NCBI GenBank assembly: GCA_964106915.2
Contig: OZ066927.1
DNA: 64,000 bases
Reading direction: 5' to 3' (one strand)
DNA from: Podarcis gaigeae
Taxonomy: Eukaryota
The translations under genes were made by a program, and so were the position numbers. Below the pieces are notes generated by a model, which ran no database searches, had not been told where the DNA came from, and worked only from the letters and a program-made list of their open reading frames with translations. Shown piece by piece: positions 50,039 through 63,584 of this stretch. Numbering within the stretch: position 1 is the stretch's first letter; each line of letters opens with the position of its first letter.

Positions 50039-50984
50039 AATAAAAGATTTATACAGTGAGTGGAGAATAAAGGTTCTAGATAGGCTTAAATGAGCCAGAC
50101 ATTTGCATATACTGGAGGCACTGAGTGACCAGGTGCCTTAATATTTGTATAAGAAATAAAACCATGCCATTTATTTTTTTATACATGGTCATTCAAGCTC
50201 TGCCCTTTGGATACTTTTAAGTTCAGGAGCTATCTTTTCAAGAAGGGCAATTTGCTGAGCAAACAAAACGCACCCAGCTACCCTTTGAAAGCTGCACATC
50301 TATGAACTTTGCAAAGCACATAGAATCAAAGAGCTAGGAGGGGCTCCCTAGAGTCATTTAGTTCAACCCCCTGCAATGCAGGAACCCCTTCTCTGAAGAA
50401 AAAGCGTGCACCAAAAATAAAACCTCCGAAAATATAATACCACGGTGTAACCATGCTTGTAATGCTGTGCGCAGTTCTGGCCACTTTACACATCGAAAGG
50501 ATGTTGTAGAGCTGGTTCGGAAATAGGCAACCGAAACTGTTCTTATTATTATTATCAATTAAATCTCTATTCTGCACTTTCTCCAAAGGGAGCCCAGGGA
50601 GGCAAACCCCAAAGTGATAAAACAAAACAATTAAAAATAAAAATATATTTAAAGCAATAGAAAACATTTTTAAGCAACTTAAGCTCATTTTTTATAAATT
50701 AAAATCATGTTTAAAATGATCAAGGGGTTAGAATGAAAGGAAAGGAAAGACTTCAGTGTTTGGGGCTTTTAATTTAGATTAATGATTGCTAAGAGGAAAG
50801 CGAAGGAAGTGGGGGAAATTATGCATGAGTTGAGCTAAAACCACAAAAGAGAAAAGTTTTCTCCATGTGGATGTATGTTTTTAGGACCCACTTAATTGGA
50901 AGTGGTTTTAAATTGCTTTCAGTGCTGTAATCTACCCTGGCACCTTATGGTAACAGGCAGGAAATCAATAAATGAAGGAGTCAT

Positions 50985-51340
50985 CCATTGAGTATTGGGC
51001 AACTCAGAACAGACAGAAGAAGGAACTTCTTTGTGCAGCACATAGCTAAGTTCCAAAATTCATAACAAGAAGATGCAGTGACTGGCCCGAACTAGACACA
51101 TTCATGAAGAAGGCTATCAACGGTAGGGTTGCCATATTTTGAAGAGCTAAAAAAAGAGGACACATTTGCCAACATCTACTTTTAACTATGGATCTCTAAG
51201 ATGACTTTCATCATGAAAAAGAGGACGTGTCCTAGAAAAAGAGGGCATATGGCAACTCTAACAACGGCTATGTGCCTCTGGATATCAGTTGCTAGGAATC
51301 ACAGGAGGGAAGAGGACTGCAGTGCTCAGATCCAGTCCTC
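50985..51340 (+). mobile_element. Decayed CR1 3' end, interrupted by a MITE
   Basis: acagacagaagaaggaacttctttgtgcagcacatag...gctatcaacgg matches the CR1 end seen elsewhere in the window. Confidence 0.65.
51124..51260. mobile_element. hAT (Blackjack-like) MITE
   Basis: TIRs TAGGGTTGCCATA / TATGGCAACTCTA; TSD atcaacgg / a-caacgg. Confidence 0.8.
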
Positions 51341-52367
51341 TGTTAGAAGGCATCTCAAAGAGAAACCATCTAGGTGAGGGTGTCCTCTACTTAAGGAGAA
51401 ATAAGACTATACAGGGAGAGCAGAAAAAGGGGGTCTTGTTCCCCACTGTGGCAGTCCCTAGTGTCTTTCTGTTTAAATGTAATTTACATCTAGATTAGCT
51501 CATTTCACATTTAGATTAGCAAGCACATGCAAATTGTATGCAAATTGGTGCCCTTTCCCCATCTTGGCTTTTTTTTTGAGTGACGCATTTCCGCATTTCC
51601 TCTTTTTCAGGGTTGGCCACACTGTCACCTTCCCATCCTTCAGCTTTCTCCTTCAATGATGTGGCTGTCTGCTTTGCATAAGTGAATTGATAGTTCTCCA
51701 AACTCCCTGCTGGGTTGTGGAGGCAGCACAGAGGTTCCCTGGCTGTCGGACAGCTGGATTTCATACCCCTAAAGCTACACCCACAAATTTGGGGGCAGGG
51801 AAGGGAGGAGGTCTCCCAGATGGCTTAGGGGAGACAGGCGGGTGTTTGGAGAGGGAGGGGGACTGCTGGAGCCCTGGATGATCTGCTGCTGCCAGGAGGC
51901 AAGTTTAAAGGGGGAGATCATTCCCTCCTTGTTGAGAACTCTCACTCTCTCAGTCACCCATCTGCTGCTGCAAATGCGAGGCAGCAGTTATGGGCAGAGG
52001 CAGCCCTTTTTAGGGGAAGGAGGAAGCGGTTCTTTTCTGCATCCAAGGAAAATGGCAGTGAGCTTGCTTGGCTCTAGCAGGAAAGCAGCAACAATTGCTT
52101 TCCACCCATGATCAGCTACACGGCACACCTAAATGTGTCCTGAGTAGATCCACTTGATGAACAGTCTGAAGGACCCTGTGTGAAAGACAGGGAAGGAGAG
52201 ATCTCTCAGTGTGAGAGGCTGGGAGAAGATAGGGATGCTCCCAGGTGAGAGCTGGGGACACACATCTTTTTCCATCTGGGGAAAAAAGTTAAGATACGTT
52301 TCTGAGAGAAGATCTTGTATTCGTCTATCTCTTTTCCTTTCTTTTTATTATTCTTTGTGTAGATTAG

Positions 52368-52730
52368 GTAAAGGTAAAGGTACCCCTGACCATTAGGTCC
52401 AGTCGCGGACGACTCTGGGGTTGCGGCGCTCATCTCGCTCTATAGGCTGAGGGAGCTGGCGTTTGTCTGCAGACATCTTCCGGGTCATGTGGCCAGCATT
52501 ACTAAGCCGCTTCTGGTGCACCAGAGCAGCGCACGGAAATGCCGTTTACCTTCCCGCTGGAGCGGTACCTATTTATCTACTTGCACTTTGATGTGCTTTC
52601 GAACTGCTAGGTGGGCAGGAGCTGGGACCGAACAACGGGAGCTCACCCCGTTGCAGGGTTTTGAACTGCCAACCTTCTGATCGGCAAGCCCTAGGCTCTG
52701 TGGTTTAGACCACAGCGCCACCCAAATCCC
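52368..52730 (-). mobile_element. Sauria SINE, full length
   Basis: Perfect 14-bp TSD tttgtgtagattag (52354-52367 / 52731-52744). Confidence 0.93.
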
Positions 52731-52819
52731 TTTGTGTAGATTAGCTTGTCTTTTATTGTATTCTGAAAAGTGTTAATAAAACTCTATAAAAAGAAGAAGA
52801 ATGACCCACTGAGTTCCAT

Positions 52820-53090
52820 GACTTAGAAACCTAGAACTGTAAAGCTGGATAGGACCCCAAGGGTCATTTAATCCAAACTGCAATGAAGGAATCACAGCTA
52901 AAGAATCCCTGACAGATGGCCATTCAACCTCTGGTTAAAGCCCCAATGAAGTAAGGTCCACCACCTTCCGAGGGATTCTGCTCCACTGTTGAACAGCTCT
53001 CACCCTCCTGGTGTTTATTCAGAATCTCCTTTATTGCCTTCTGAATCCATTGATTCGGGTCCTACCCTCTGGAGCAACAGAAAGCAAGCT
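52820..53090 (-). mobile_element. CR1 LINE 3' end (second subfamily; short tails of it recur at about 18280, 20397, 36220, 38590, 39915, 45545, 46680, 50318, 62060)
   Basis: tagaactgtagagttggaagggacccc-type terminus. Confidence 0.7.
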
Positions 53091-54530
53091 GAGGTTGGGG
53101 CCTGTTTGGTCTGTTCTCCAGGCCTCAACTGTTGGTGGGCAACATCAGCTCCAACTACCCACCATTCTCCCTTCTTTGAGCTGAACTTGGACCAGGCAGC
53201 CTTCTGCAAAACAGGACATCTGGCCACCCGAGTTGTGGTTTCTGGCTCATGCAAGGCCAGTTCATTGTGATAGCTTAGCGCTGCTGGTGTGTTTGATTGC
53301 TACATCACTGGCCGAAATCTAACACAGAGTCAGGCAACAACTAAACATAAATCTGTGCTGGATTTAGACCACTAGTTTCAATTTATAACTGTTTTCGTTT
53401 GGATGTCTTGTGATGTTCGGTTTCTAGAATCTAAACACTTGTTTTGGGTCTCACTCATAATGCAACACAGAAAAGTTAAAAAATAATAGAAACTAAAAAC
53501 AAAATGCAGAATTTGCAGGCATACTGCAGATTTATCTGGCATTTCTACAACGGTTCCACGGGTTTAAAACATGACTTAATTTGTCTACAGTTATTTCCTT
53601 GATTCATTGGCTATTTTGCCCTGTTATTGCTTCAAAACCCAAAGGATATTGTCCAGTTCAGTAATGAAAGCCAAACAAATGCTATGCATATTTTAAGCAT
53701 TCTGCATTTTTTTTTCCCTCAGGGAAAATAAATGAAAACAAGCATGAGTTATTTCTATGCACCACCAAATAAGATTAAACCCTATATTGGCAATCAGTCA
53801 TATGGACTAGAAACTTGATTTTTTAAAAAACAAACAACAACAACAACCTGCAATTTTGCACCCAGTATTTTTAGCTTGTACATGTAATAAAGGCATGCAG
53901 GCAAGGCTGGGTATCCCACTTCTTCCCAGCCCAAACCACCCTTGGAATGACTCCTGCAATTCCATAATGGTTCTTTTTTAGGGGGATGGAATAAGAAGGG
54001 ACTTATTTGCCCCCTAACATGCAGGCGTCACCTTCTTTATGAGGCATGAATTCCTTCAGGATCAGTCCTTTGATCCTTTGATGTGGCAGAAACACCCTCA
54101 CCACCACCACCAAACTATTGGGGGCAAAAATCGCAGTGGGAATGCAAGTCTCAAGGTTGTCTGTTCTGCTCTGCTAATAGAGAAAAATGCTCTTAATTTT
54201 CATCAAGCAACAGCAATTGCAAAACAGAAGAGGGGACTCCCCTCCCCACATACACACCCAAGGGCTGCTAGAGCTGTCAGTCTTTAGGGTGACAGCTTCC
54301 TCCCTGCTGGGCATCACTAGAAGTAAAATCTCTGAGTGATGGATGGGTGGTTAGTCCTTGTCTCCAGGGCCCCTGCATGCACAGCAGCAGGCAAATTAAC
54401 TAAGAACTCCTACAATTTGGAATCTCCACCAAACCTGTGCCAAAGTTTTGCAGTTTTTGTGCAGCGTTGTGCAGTGAAACCCCACATTTTGCAGGGCCCC
54501 ACATACTGAGTAATTAATACATCAAACACA

Positions 54531-54902
54531 CGGTGACGCTGTGGTCTAAATCTCTGAGCCTCTTGGGCTTGCCGATTGGAGGGTCGGCGGTTTGAATCCC
54601 CACAACGGGGTGAGCTCCCATTGCTCTGTCCCAGCTCCTGCCAACCTAGCAGTTTGAAAGCACACCTGTGCAAGTAGATAAATAGGTACCACTGTGGCAG
54701 GAAGGTAAACGGTGTTTCCATGCACTCTGGCTTCCAGCATGGTGTTCCAATGAGACAGAAGCAGTTTAGTCATGCTGGCCACATGACCCGGAAAGCTGTC
54801 TGTGGACAAACGTCAACTCCCTCGGCCCAAAAGCGAGATGAGTGCTGCACCCCATAGTCGCCTTTGACTGGACTTAACCATCCAGGGGTACTTTACCTTT
54901 AC
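54531..54902 (+). mobile_element. Sauria SINE, divergent subfamily
   Basis: Same architecture with extra internal segments (e.g. tctgtggacaaacg); ACCTTT tail. Confidence 0.88.
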
Positions 54903-56087
54903 TGTACTTAACATTAACTACAAACCCCAAAATTTGGGATCATCTGCAATCCTGTGCCAAAGTCTTGCAGTTGTTTAGCAGCATTTTGTAGCGATAACTC
55001 CGCATTTTGAAGCACCCCACAAACTGAGCAACTGATACATCAAACATGGACAGGAACAGCTGGCCATTGCACTCATGCAGTAGCCAATGACATGGATTTT
55101 GAATTCTTGGCGCCGTTTTCTGGGACAACAACATCATTCCATTGTACCTTTAAGAAGAAAGCTCTGCCTTCAATGGGGTACAGGCCAGGGGGGAATAAAC
55201 GGAGACAACAGCATACAGAAGGCAGAGCAGAGCTTTCAGCAATGTGCCTTAGGCAGCAATCTTTTTTTTAAAAAAATGATAAATACAGGTGATACCAAAG
55301 CGTCTTTATTTTCCATCTGTCAAATGTTGGGGTGGTGGTGCGATATGCTATAATGTCAAACGCTTGTCTCTCCCTCCCCACAATTCCTGGTGGCTTTCCC
55401 TAGAGCCAGTCAGCTGTTTACAGGAGGGAGCTAGATGTTCTCCAGGGCTGCTGAGCATTTTTTTTGGGGGGGGGAACGCTACTCAAATAGAAGAGGAAGT
55501 GGGGAGCGAAGTCAGGGGTGGGTGGGATAATGCCTTCTGCATAGATTACTGCTCTGGGCAGCCGAGAGCCTTCCAAAGCCACGTCCTGGAATGTTTAGCA
55601 GCCAAACAGCAAATGGCAGGTTTTTACAGCAAGACTCCAGACAAATCACTTCTGAAGTGCCAGCTTTATGTGTCAATGATGAGGCAGCGTCGGGCCCTCC
55701 CCGCACTGCGAGCTGCCAGCCGTGGTTTGTCAAGCAAACAAAGATTTAAGACCACGAGCAAAGGGAAGCCTCAAAGATGCTCGATCAGTCGGCTTCCCTA
55801 CAGAATCCAGGAGGAGGGGAAACACACACACAAAACACCACATTTGTTTGCAAAGCACTGGCATTCGGAAGTCTTTGGCTCTGCTTGCTGGAAATGCACT
55901 CCATGGACGATGGCCAAATGGCCACCCGAAAGGCAAGCTGGTGGCTTTTTTAGAGCACCAGGAACCACGTCCCCATGCAGAAAGCCTTGAATGCACACCC
56001 TCAATGCCAATCGCCTGTCGAACAGGAGGGGAGGTGCTGCTGCTGCTGCCTTTCTAGAAGCCCGAGAGAGAAAGCATGCCCACCTAC

Positions 56088-56150
56088 CGATAAATGATTC
56101 CTTTGTTATGTAAGAAGAACAGGCCAATGGCTATCTCAGCTGCGTAGAAC
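56088..56150 (-). CDS. PRKCB: PKC-beta kinase exon (approx. exon 12), [21 protein letters not shown]
   Basis: Acceptor ttgcag|G, donor CG|gtaggt; 63 bp, phase 2/2. Confidence 0.96.
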
Positions 56151-56372
56151 CTGCAAGTAAAGATTAGAGACGAAGAAGAGTGATAACGAAGGGAGGCACC
56201 TGGAAACGGAAAGCTTTGCTATCTAATTACAGCATGGGGCATCCAGCGTGGAGGGAGAAAGTCCATCTGCCTGCCCCCCCCATAATCCAAGGGAGACCCT
56301 TTGCCCCCTGGGGCCCCCAAGCCATGTTTGACCTCTTAGCCTGAGCTTTATATTAGGGAGCATCCAACTTAC

Positions 56373-56464
56373 ACAGCGTGGGGCTCCTTAAACCGTCCAA
56401 CCTGTTGAATCTGGTACATGAGATCGCCGCCGTTCACATACTCCATGACGAAATACAAGCGGTC
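56373..56464 (-). CDS. PRKCB: PKC-beta kinase exon (approx. exon 11), [31 protein letters not shown]
   Basis: Acceptor ctctag|GAC, donor GT|gtaagt; 92 bp; hinge motif MEYVNGGDL; not in the ORF track in this frame. Confidence 0.97.
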
Positions 56465-56784
56465 CTAGAGAAGGAGAGGAGAGGAGAGAGAGGCGTAACA
56501 GAAGCCCAGAGGTGGCTAGTGCCCATTGGGACTGGTAGGGCAGGAAGCAGGGAGGCCAGCAGCAGGTGGCGCCAGAGCGAATGACAAGCAGAGGCTGAGT
56601 ACTACAAGCAGCTACACCGAGACTAAGGAGGAGGAAGCTGGCAGCCAGGGACACCCTCTAAATGGATTGTAAGTAAGACAGCAGGCAGGTGGGTATTGCC
56701 TGGGTGCAGAGTAGGGTTGCTGGGGCAGTGCCCCATTGGCCCTAATGTCCTGCAAATCACCCAGAGAACGGTCAGCAGATCCCT

Positions 56785-57133
56785 GTAAAGGTAAAGGGAC
56801 CCCTGACTGTTAGGTCTGGTCGTGACCGACTCTGGGGTTGCGGCGCTCATCTCGCTTTATTGGCCGAGGGAGCCGGCGTACAGCTTCTGGGTCATGTGGT
56901 CAGCATGACTAAGCCGCTTCTGGCGAACCAGAGCAGCGCACGGAAACTCCGTTTACCTTCCCGCTGGAGCAGTACCTATTTATCTATTTGCACTTCGTGC
57001 TTTCGAACTGCTAGGTTGGCAGGAGCAGGAACTGAGCAATGGGAGCTCACCCCATCGCGGGGATTCGAACCACCGACCTTCTGATTGGCAAGTCCTAGGC
57101 TCTGTGGTTTAACCCACAGCGCCACCCACATCT
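56785..57133 (-). mobile_element. Sauria SINE, full length
   Basis: Reverse complement of the 33672 copy; gtaaaggtaaagg tail. Confidence 0.92.
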
Positions 57134-59076
57134 ACCTGTATTAATGAAAATCTCTCTCTATATATATATATATATTAGAGAATGGTGAGAACGAGTAGTT
57201 TGGATTGAGGCAGAAGTGTATGAGTAAGGTGGGGGTAGGGGTGGTTAAGTCTGTTTTCTTGATCTAAATTGCCCGTTCTGGAACTGCTGTATGTCCCATG
57301 GGGCTAAACACACAGCTGCTTCTATATGTTTAGCTGCACATACACAGCAACGCAGATCCAACTTTCCTTTTAGCAGCTCAAGCTTTTTGTATGTTTTTAA
57401 GTATTCACTTTCCCCCTCAAATTTATTGCTTCACCTTTCTGTAAATTGCTTTGAAGGTTTGCTTTTTTAAACAACCAGGCAGTTTATAATTTTTTATGAA
57501 ACAAACAAATAAGTCAGCACACATGCCCCCCGCCCCCCCCCATTGTATCATTCACAGCAACCCTGTAAGAGAGGCTATGTTGAGAGATAGAGACCGGTCA
57601 CTCAGCGAGCTTCAGAGCTGAGTGGGGATTTGAGGCGATTCCTCCTCCATCTCTACACTGGAGAGCTGCTGCTGCCAGTCTGTGCGGACAATACTGAGCT
57701 AGATGAATCAAGGTCTCAGGGGAAGCCAGCTCCCTGCAGTCTTTGTTTTGGCTGTGGAGGCTCTGATCTTCTTTTGCGGGGAAAAAGATGGTGCACACAT
57801 TTAATCCACTCTCATTTTATCCAGGATCAGGAGGGTCACTCGGGAGCAGGTGGAAGGCAAATCCAGAGGCCCCAAAACACCTGGGCAAAAAAGTTAATTC
57901 TCTCCCCCTTTGAGATGAAGATTTGAGATTTTCATCCTTGCCAGCAAATGGGAAGAGCAGCTCTGGCTGAGACTGCTCTCCTCCAAATCAAAGCGCTTTG
58001 TACTCAGCACCTGATAATACCCTCTGCTACAAATTTTGATTACGTTACCAATATGATTACCGCTAAGCTACAGGCAGGTCTCCGGGAACTAATCCTCTGC
58101 CGACACACTTCAGATGTCAGAAAGAGAGACGTGCAAAAGGAAAAGCTTCGCTGCATGCAGGAGTTTCATTAGCGAGCGCAGAGAAGGGCCCAGCCCCACT
58201 TGCCTGCCGCTGCAGCAAAACGCCTTTTGCAAAGCCAAATGGCTGGCTGACATTTCAGTGTAATCCTCCAAGCTCATTGTAGGAAGCCTGAAAGGATGGG
58301 CCTTGCACTGTGCCTATCGCTGCCTCCTCTCCTCTTCCTTATCTGCAGCCAGCCCCGAACAGTTGTGGAAGCAATGACTGCTCCCTTTGCAAGCGGTCCC
58401 CCCAATGCCTCTGTTTATTTCGGACCGGATGTTCCTGATGATTCATTGCTTTAGGGCAGATGGCCACAATCTGGTGCCCTTCAGCTGTTTTTGGAGTTCA
58501 ACTCCCACCAACCCCAGCCAGTAGAACCATGTGGTCCCTTCTTCATCTCTTTCCCTTCTTTAGTCCTCCTTATGGCCACAGCCTCTGTCCTTGCCTTCCA
58601 CCCACTCTGCCCTGGACTCCCTTAGCCCCCACCATCTACTGAGCACCCCAACATACCATCTCCAGCTCCTCTTCCTGCCAGCAAGACAAAGTTCCTCCCA
58701 TCTCTCCTAAGCTTCCCCATGTTGTCCAGTATCGCTTGGTGGCATTGCCTGGGATCAAGGCAAGGATGCTCTCTGTTCAGCTGAGATCAGGGGCTTCCAA
58801 ACTGTGGTCCATGGACCATGTGGTGCTTGTGGGAAGATGAGTGATTGCAGTGGCTACTCTGTGGTTCTTGGAACCTGGTGTTCCGCCCAGAAGGTGAGTT
58901 AGATGGATGGTGTGGAGGGGAGTTTGTTGGAGACATGGCAGGAGTAAGGGAGGAGGCCCTTGAAAGGAGTGGAGGGGATTAGCAGCACAGTTAATGGGAG
59001 GCTAGAACGGAGGCATTTAATCTTGATTCAATTACAAATCACCTAGCATCCAGCATTGCTCACTGCAATTTCTTCA

Positions 59077-59598
<522 letters not shown>

Positions 59599-60217
59599 TC
59601 AAGCAGCCTTGTCATTTTTGCTGCCGGGTTTATTAATGTAATCTTATTCTTTCTAGAGTCCTGAAACGTTGTTGTTGTTTTGCCTCTTGTTATGTTTGCT
59701 ATAGGGTTGTTGGTTTATCATGTTATTACAAAATTGTTTTGCAGTGTTTGATTCAGAAATGCATTCCTGTCGTCTTGGTTGTAAATCCCTTTGAACGTGA
59801 CTTTGTGTGTGGAAAAGCAGCATACAAATAAAACGATGAATTTATTTTATATTTATTAACGCACAGCAGGTGCTTTACCACAGAGCTACTGCTTCCCGCT
59901 AAAAGTATTGCAAGACACTAGTCCTCATGGTTTGGATGCCATCTGGCACAGGGCTGGCGTTCAGCAGCTCTGTGTGATGTTTTGAATTACTATGACATTA
60001 TTGAATTGCATTCATTCCTTCGTTGTTTGCTTTATTCATATGTTATAGTGATTGTAATGCTTGCTGTTTTTTTTAATGCTATGGTGAATATTGTGAGCTG
60101 CTTTGAGCTCAACATTTGTTGTTGCAAAAACAGAATACAAACTTAAAATCAACTCAAAATCCAATAAAGCAGCTCTCAGCTATAGTCCTTTCCAAAAGAC
60201 ACAGGAACATAAAAAGA

Positions 60218-60437
60218 TAAAGGTAAGGGGACCCCTGACCATTACGTCCAGTCGTGGCCAACTCTGGGGTTGCGGCGCTCATCTTGCTTTATTGGCCGAG
60301 GGAGCCGGCGTACAGCTTCTGGGTCATTCTGGCGAACCAGAGCAGCACACAGAAACGCCGTTTACCTTCCTGCCGAAGCGGCACATATTTATCTACTTGC
60401 ACTTTGACGTGCTTTCGAACTGCTAGGTTGGCAGGAG
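60218..60437 (-). mobile_element. Sauria SINE, 5'-truncated with a small internal deletion
   Basis: Tail and 3' body match the other copies. Confidence 0.88.
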
Positions 60438-60607
60438 GCTGCTTTATACTGAGTCAGAGCCTTTGTTCATCCACACCATTGGTCCATCTACACTGACTGG
60501 CAGTGGCTCTCCAGGGTTTCAGGCAGGTTCCCTCCCACCCCTACCTGGAGATGCCACTGGGGATTGAACCCAAGAACTTCTGCATGCAAAACAGGTGCTC
60601 TACTGCT
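60438..60607 (-). mobile_element. Squam2-like SINE
   Basis: Similarity to the other copies in the window. Confidence 0.75.
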
Positions 60608-61640
60608 CCAGCCCATCCTTCTGTGAGTGAGATTGAAGAAGTTCACCCATGCCCATTTGGCAACCCCTCACCTGCCCATTTGGCTGCCCCGCAAGCCAGC
60701 CCACGCCTCTTCCCCTGTGTGGAATAACTTGTCCCCCTAATATTTTAAACCAGTTGTGGCAAGCTGCAGATTTATTTATTACAATAAACCCGAGCCGCAG
60801 AGCTTCCTGCCAACATAATTTTCTGTCGTTAATCAAATCAAGCCGAAGGAAGGCTCCCGAAAAATGCCAACAACACCCTGCCAGTTATTAAGATACATTG
60901 CTTCAATTTGTTGTGGTATTGCTTTGGAAATCAACACGGCCACCTCCCCCCACCCCACAACCTGCTCACTGGCCTGTGGGGTTCAAAATGGACGTTATAT
61001 TCCCTGGAAATGGATTGTTTTGCCACACAGTCGATCGGCATCTTGGTAGGGGGGATTTCCAGACCACCTCGCCTGACTTTGATCTACTCTGCCCCAGGAT
61101 CCTTCCGATCTGCAACATCAGATCGAGCCCGCCCCTATGACCTCTGAGCCTGCTCATCTGCTTCTCTGGACCAGTAGCTCTGGAGCAGATTCCTGGTCTT
61201 GCCTTTGACCTGGGCAACTCTCATGCTTCATGTGGTCTGACTGGCTACTAGGCCTGGTACCCCCTTCTTGCATTCTACTTACTTTGCAGTCTTATTTATT
61301 TATAGGCAATTCATGGAAATTGCACATTCGGTAACATAAGTACGCCCATATTCAACACCACAAGTTAATAAAAGTTAAAGACAAATGCTGAAAGAAAAAT
61401 AAAACTCTAAAACTGCAAAATAACCCCACTTGCCTGGGAGTCAGCCCTCTTGAGTTTAATACTTCGGAGGAGGCCTGGTTAGGAGTATCCCATACAGTGG
61501 GGACTGGGGGACTTGTGGCCCTGCAGGGGTTCACAGAAGCATAGAATTGTAGGGTTGGAAGGGATCCCAAGGGTCATCTAGCGCAACCCTCTGCAAGGCA
61601 GGGATCACAGTTGAAGAATCCATGACACGATTCTTTGTTG

Positions 61641-61780
61641 GACTCCAGCACAGTTGGTAAAGCACGAGTCTCTTAATCACAGAGTCGTGGGTTCAAGCCC
61701 CAGGTTGGGCAAAAGATTGCGGCACTGCATGGGTTGGGCTAGATGACCCTCAAGGTCCCTTCCAACTCTATGATTCTGTG
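61641..61780 (+). mobile_element. tRNA-Lys(CTT)-derived SINE with CR1 3' tail
   Basis: Head resembles tRNA-Lys (CTCTTAATC...GTCGTGGGTTCAAGCCCC); CR1-type ATTCTRTG tail. Confidence 0.75.
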
Positions 61781-63435
61781 AACTCCTGCCAGCCCCTGCA
61801 GCCACCAGGGTCAATAATGAGGCATGATGGGAGTTGGAGTCTGACAAGATATGGAGGGTCATAGAGGTTCTGCATCTCTGCTTTAAAGCTACAAAAATCT
61901 AATACAGTGTCAGATGAAATCACTATGCCAAAGTCCAAGCAAATTTCTGAAAACTACAGAAAACAATATTCAGTGATCTTTGAAGTGGTACAATGGGACA
62001 GTACACCAGGCTGTTAATCAGAAGGTTGGTGGTTCGAGGGACAGTTGTGGACAGGATTCATTCATTGCATGGGGTTGGACTAGATGACCCTCAGGGTCCC
62101 TTCCAACTCTGCAATTCTCTGATTGCATGATCTACAAAAATCATTTAAAAGATTTTTAAGACTGAAAAGGAGAGCCAATCTTTTAGTGCATTGCATTATG
62201 GGAAAACAAAGATGGCTGTGCAGCTGAGGGAACTATCCATCCAGATAGGAGACATCCCAGTACAGCAACCTACCAAGGGCCCTGAAAGCTCTGGAGCTGT
62301 CTGTGGGCCCCTAAACAATTTGTTCAAAGTACAGCTTGGGAATTGCAGACAGTGGTTCACAGCTCTATAGTGGCACCTAGTGACCAAAAACAAGCATTAC
62401 AGCACATACAAAAGAGAGGGCAAAACGCCGCCATTGGTTATCATTCAGAAATTAAGCATTCCCACCCCCTCCCACCCTAAAACATGCACATACACTGCCA
62501 GAGATTCACTCCAAACCAACACAACAACCCACAGAACAAAAACTTCGTGTATCACCTTATAAGTCTTTTGCCCTGTGGACTGGATGGCAGCTTCGATATG
62601 TGGGGAGGTGATTTTAATGGGGGAAATAACCTTGGGGGAGGGGGGAATTATATAACCCCCTCCCTGCAGCCCTAATCCATATCAGCACTTTTCGCTGTCC
62701 CACCCTAAAGCTGGTATCAACAGCCATGCAGGTTCCAAACTCATCACGTCCAGTTTGGTCTTTAGACTGTTTGGCAATGAGATACATTCAAAAAAGAAAT
62801 TGGATGTGTTGGGAGAACATTCCCCGGAGTGTAAAACACAAAAATTAAAATCGATTATATTTCAAGATGAAAGCAGTCCCCGGAGAGCGGGCTCCAGTCA
62901 CTGTAAATAATTCTCTAATGGTTCCCCAACGCTGCTCAGGCAATCGAATTTGGCTCCTGAAGGGTGAACATCTCCCAACAGATGGGGAGACGGTGCCCAG
63001 GGCTGGTGTTCGCTCCTTGCAACCTCTGCAAGAGAGGAAGAGGCAGCCATTTCCTGGAGTACAGAATTAAATGGGGGGTGGGGGTGGGAGAGGCTCCCGA
63101 GGGCTTGCTACAGCAGCCCATGTTTCATGCAGTAGCCTTTGTACAGCTTGCAAATGTGCGACGCCATGCAGGCGGAAAGCCAAACTGTTTCACACAACTG
63201 CAAAAGATGGGGGGGGGGAACAAAACCCCATCCTTTGGGGAGATACTGGCGTACAGCACAGTTTACTCACGAGAAGTAACTCGCATGAGGGAAGGAGGAG
63301 GAGGCTTTGGACAAAACCCCATGCTTCACAGAAGCATAGAATTGTAGGGTTGGAAGGGATCCCAAGGGTCATCTAGCCCAACCCTCTGCAAGGCAGGGAT
63401 CACAGTTGAAGAATCCATGACACGATTCTTTGTTG

Positions 63436-63584
63436 GACTCCAGCTCAGTTGGTAAAGCATGATTCTCTTAATCACAGAGTCGTGGGTTCAAGCCCCAGAT
63501 TGAGCAAAAGATTCCTGCATTGCAGGGGGTTGGACTAGATGACCCTCGTGGTCCCTCCCAAGTCTACAATTCTATGATTCTATG
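63436..63584 (+). mobile_element. tRNA-Lys(CTT)-derived SINE with CR1 3' tail
   Basis: AGCTCAGTTGGTAAAGCATGATTCTCTTAATC...GGTTCAAGCCCC head; (ATTCTATG)2 tail. Confidence 0.8.

Noticed and set aside
55289-55990. Longest ORF in the track (233 aa, plus strand)
   Set aside because: GTG start, no recognisable domain, antisense within an intron; compatible with chance.
63436-63510. Possible tRNA-Lys gene
   Set aside because: Acceptor and D stems are disrupted, there is no oligo-T terminator, and it runs straight into a CR1 tail, so it is a SINE head.
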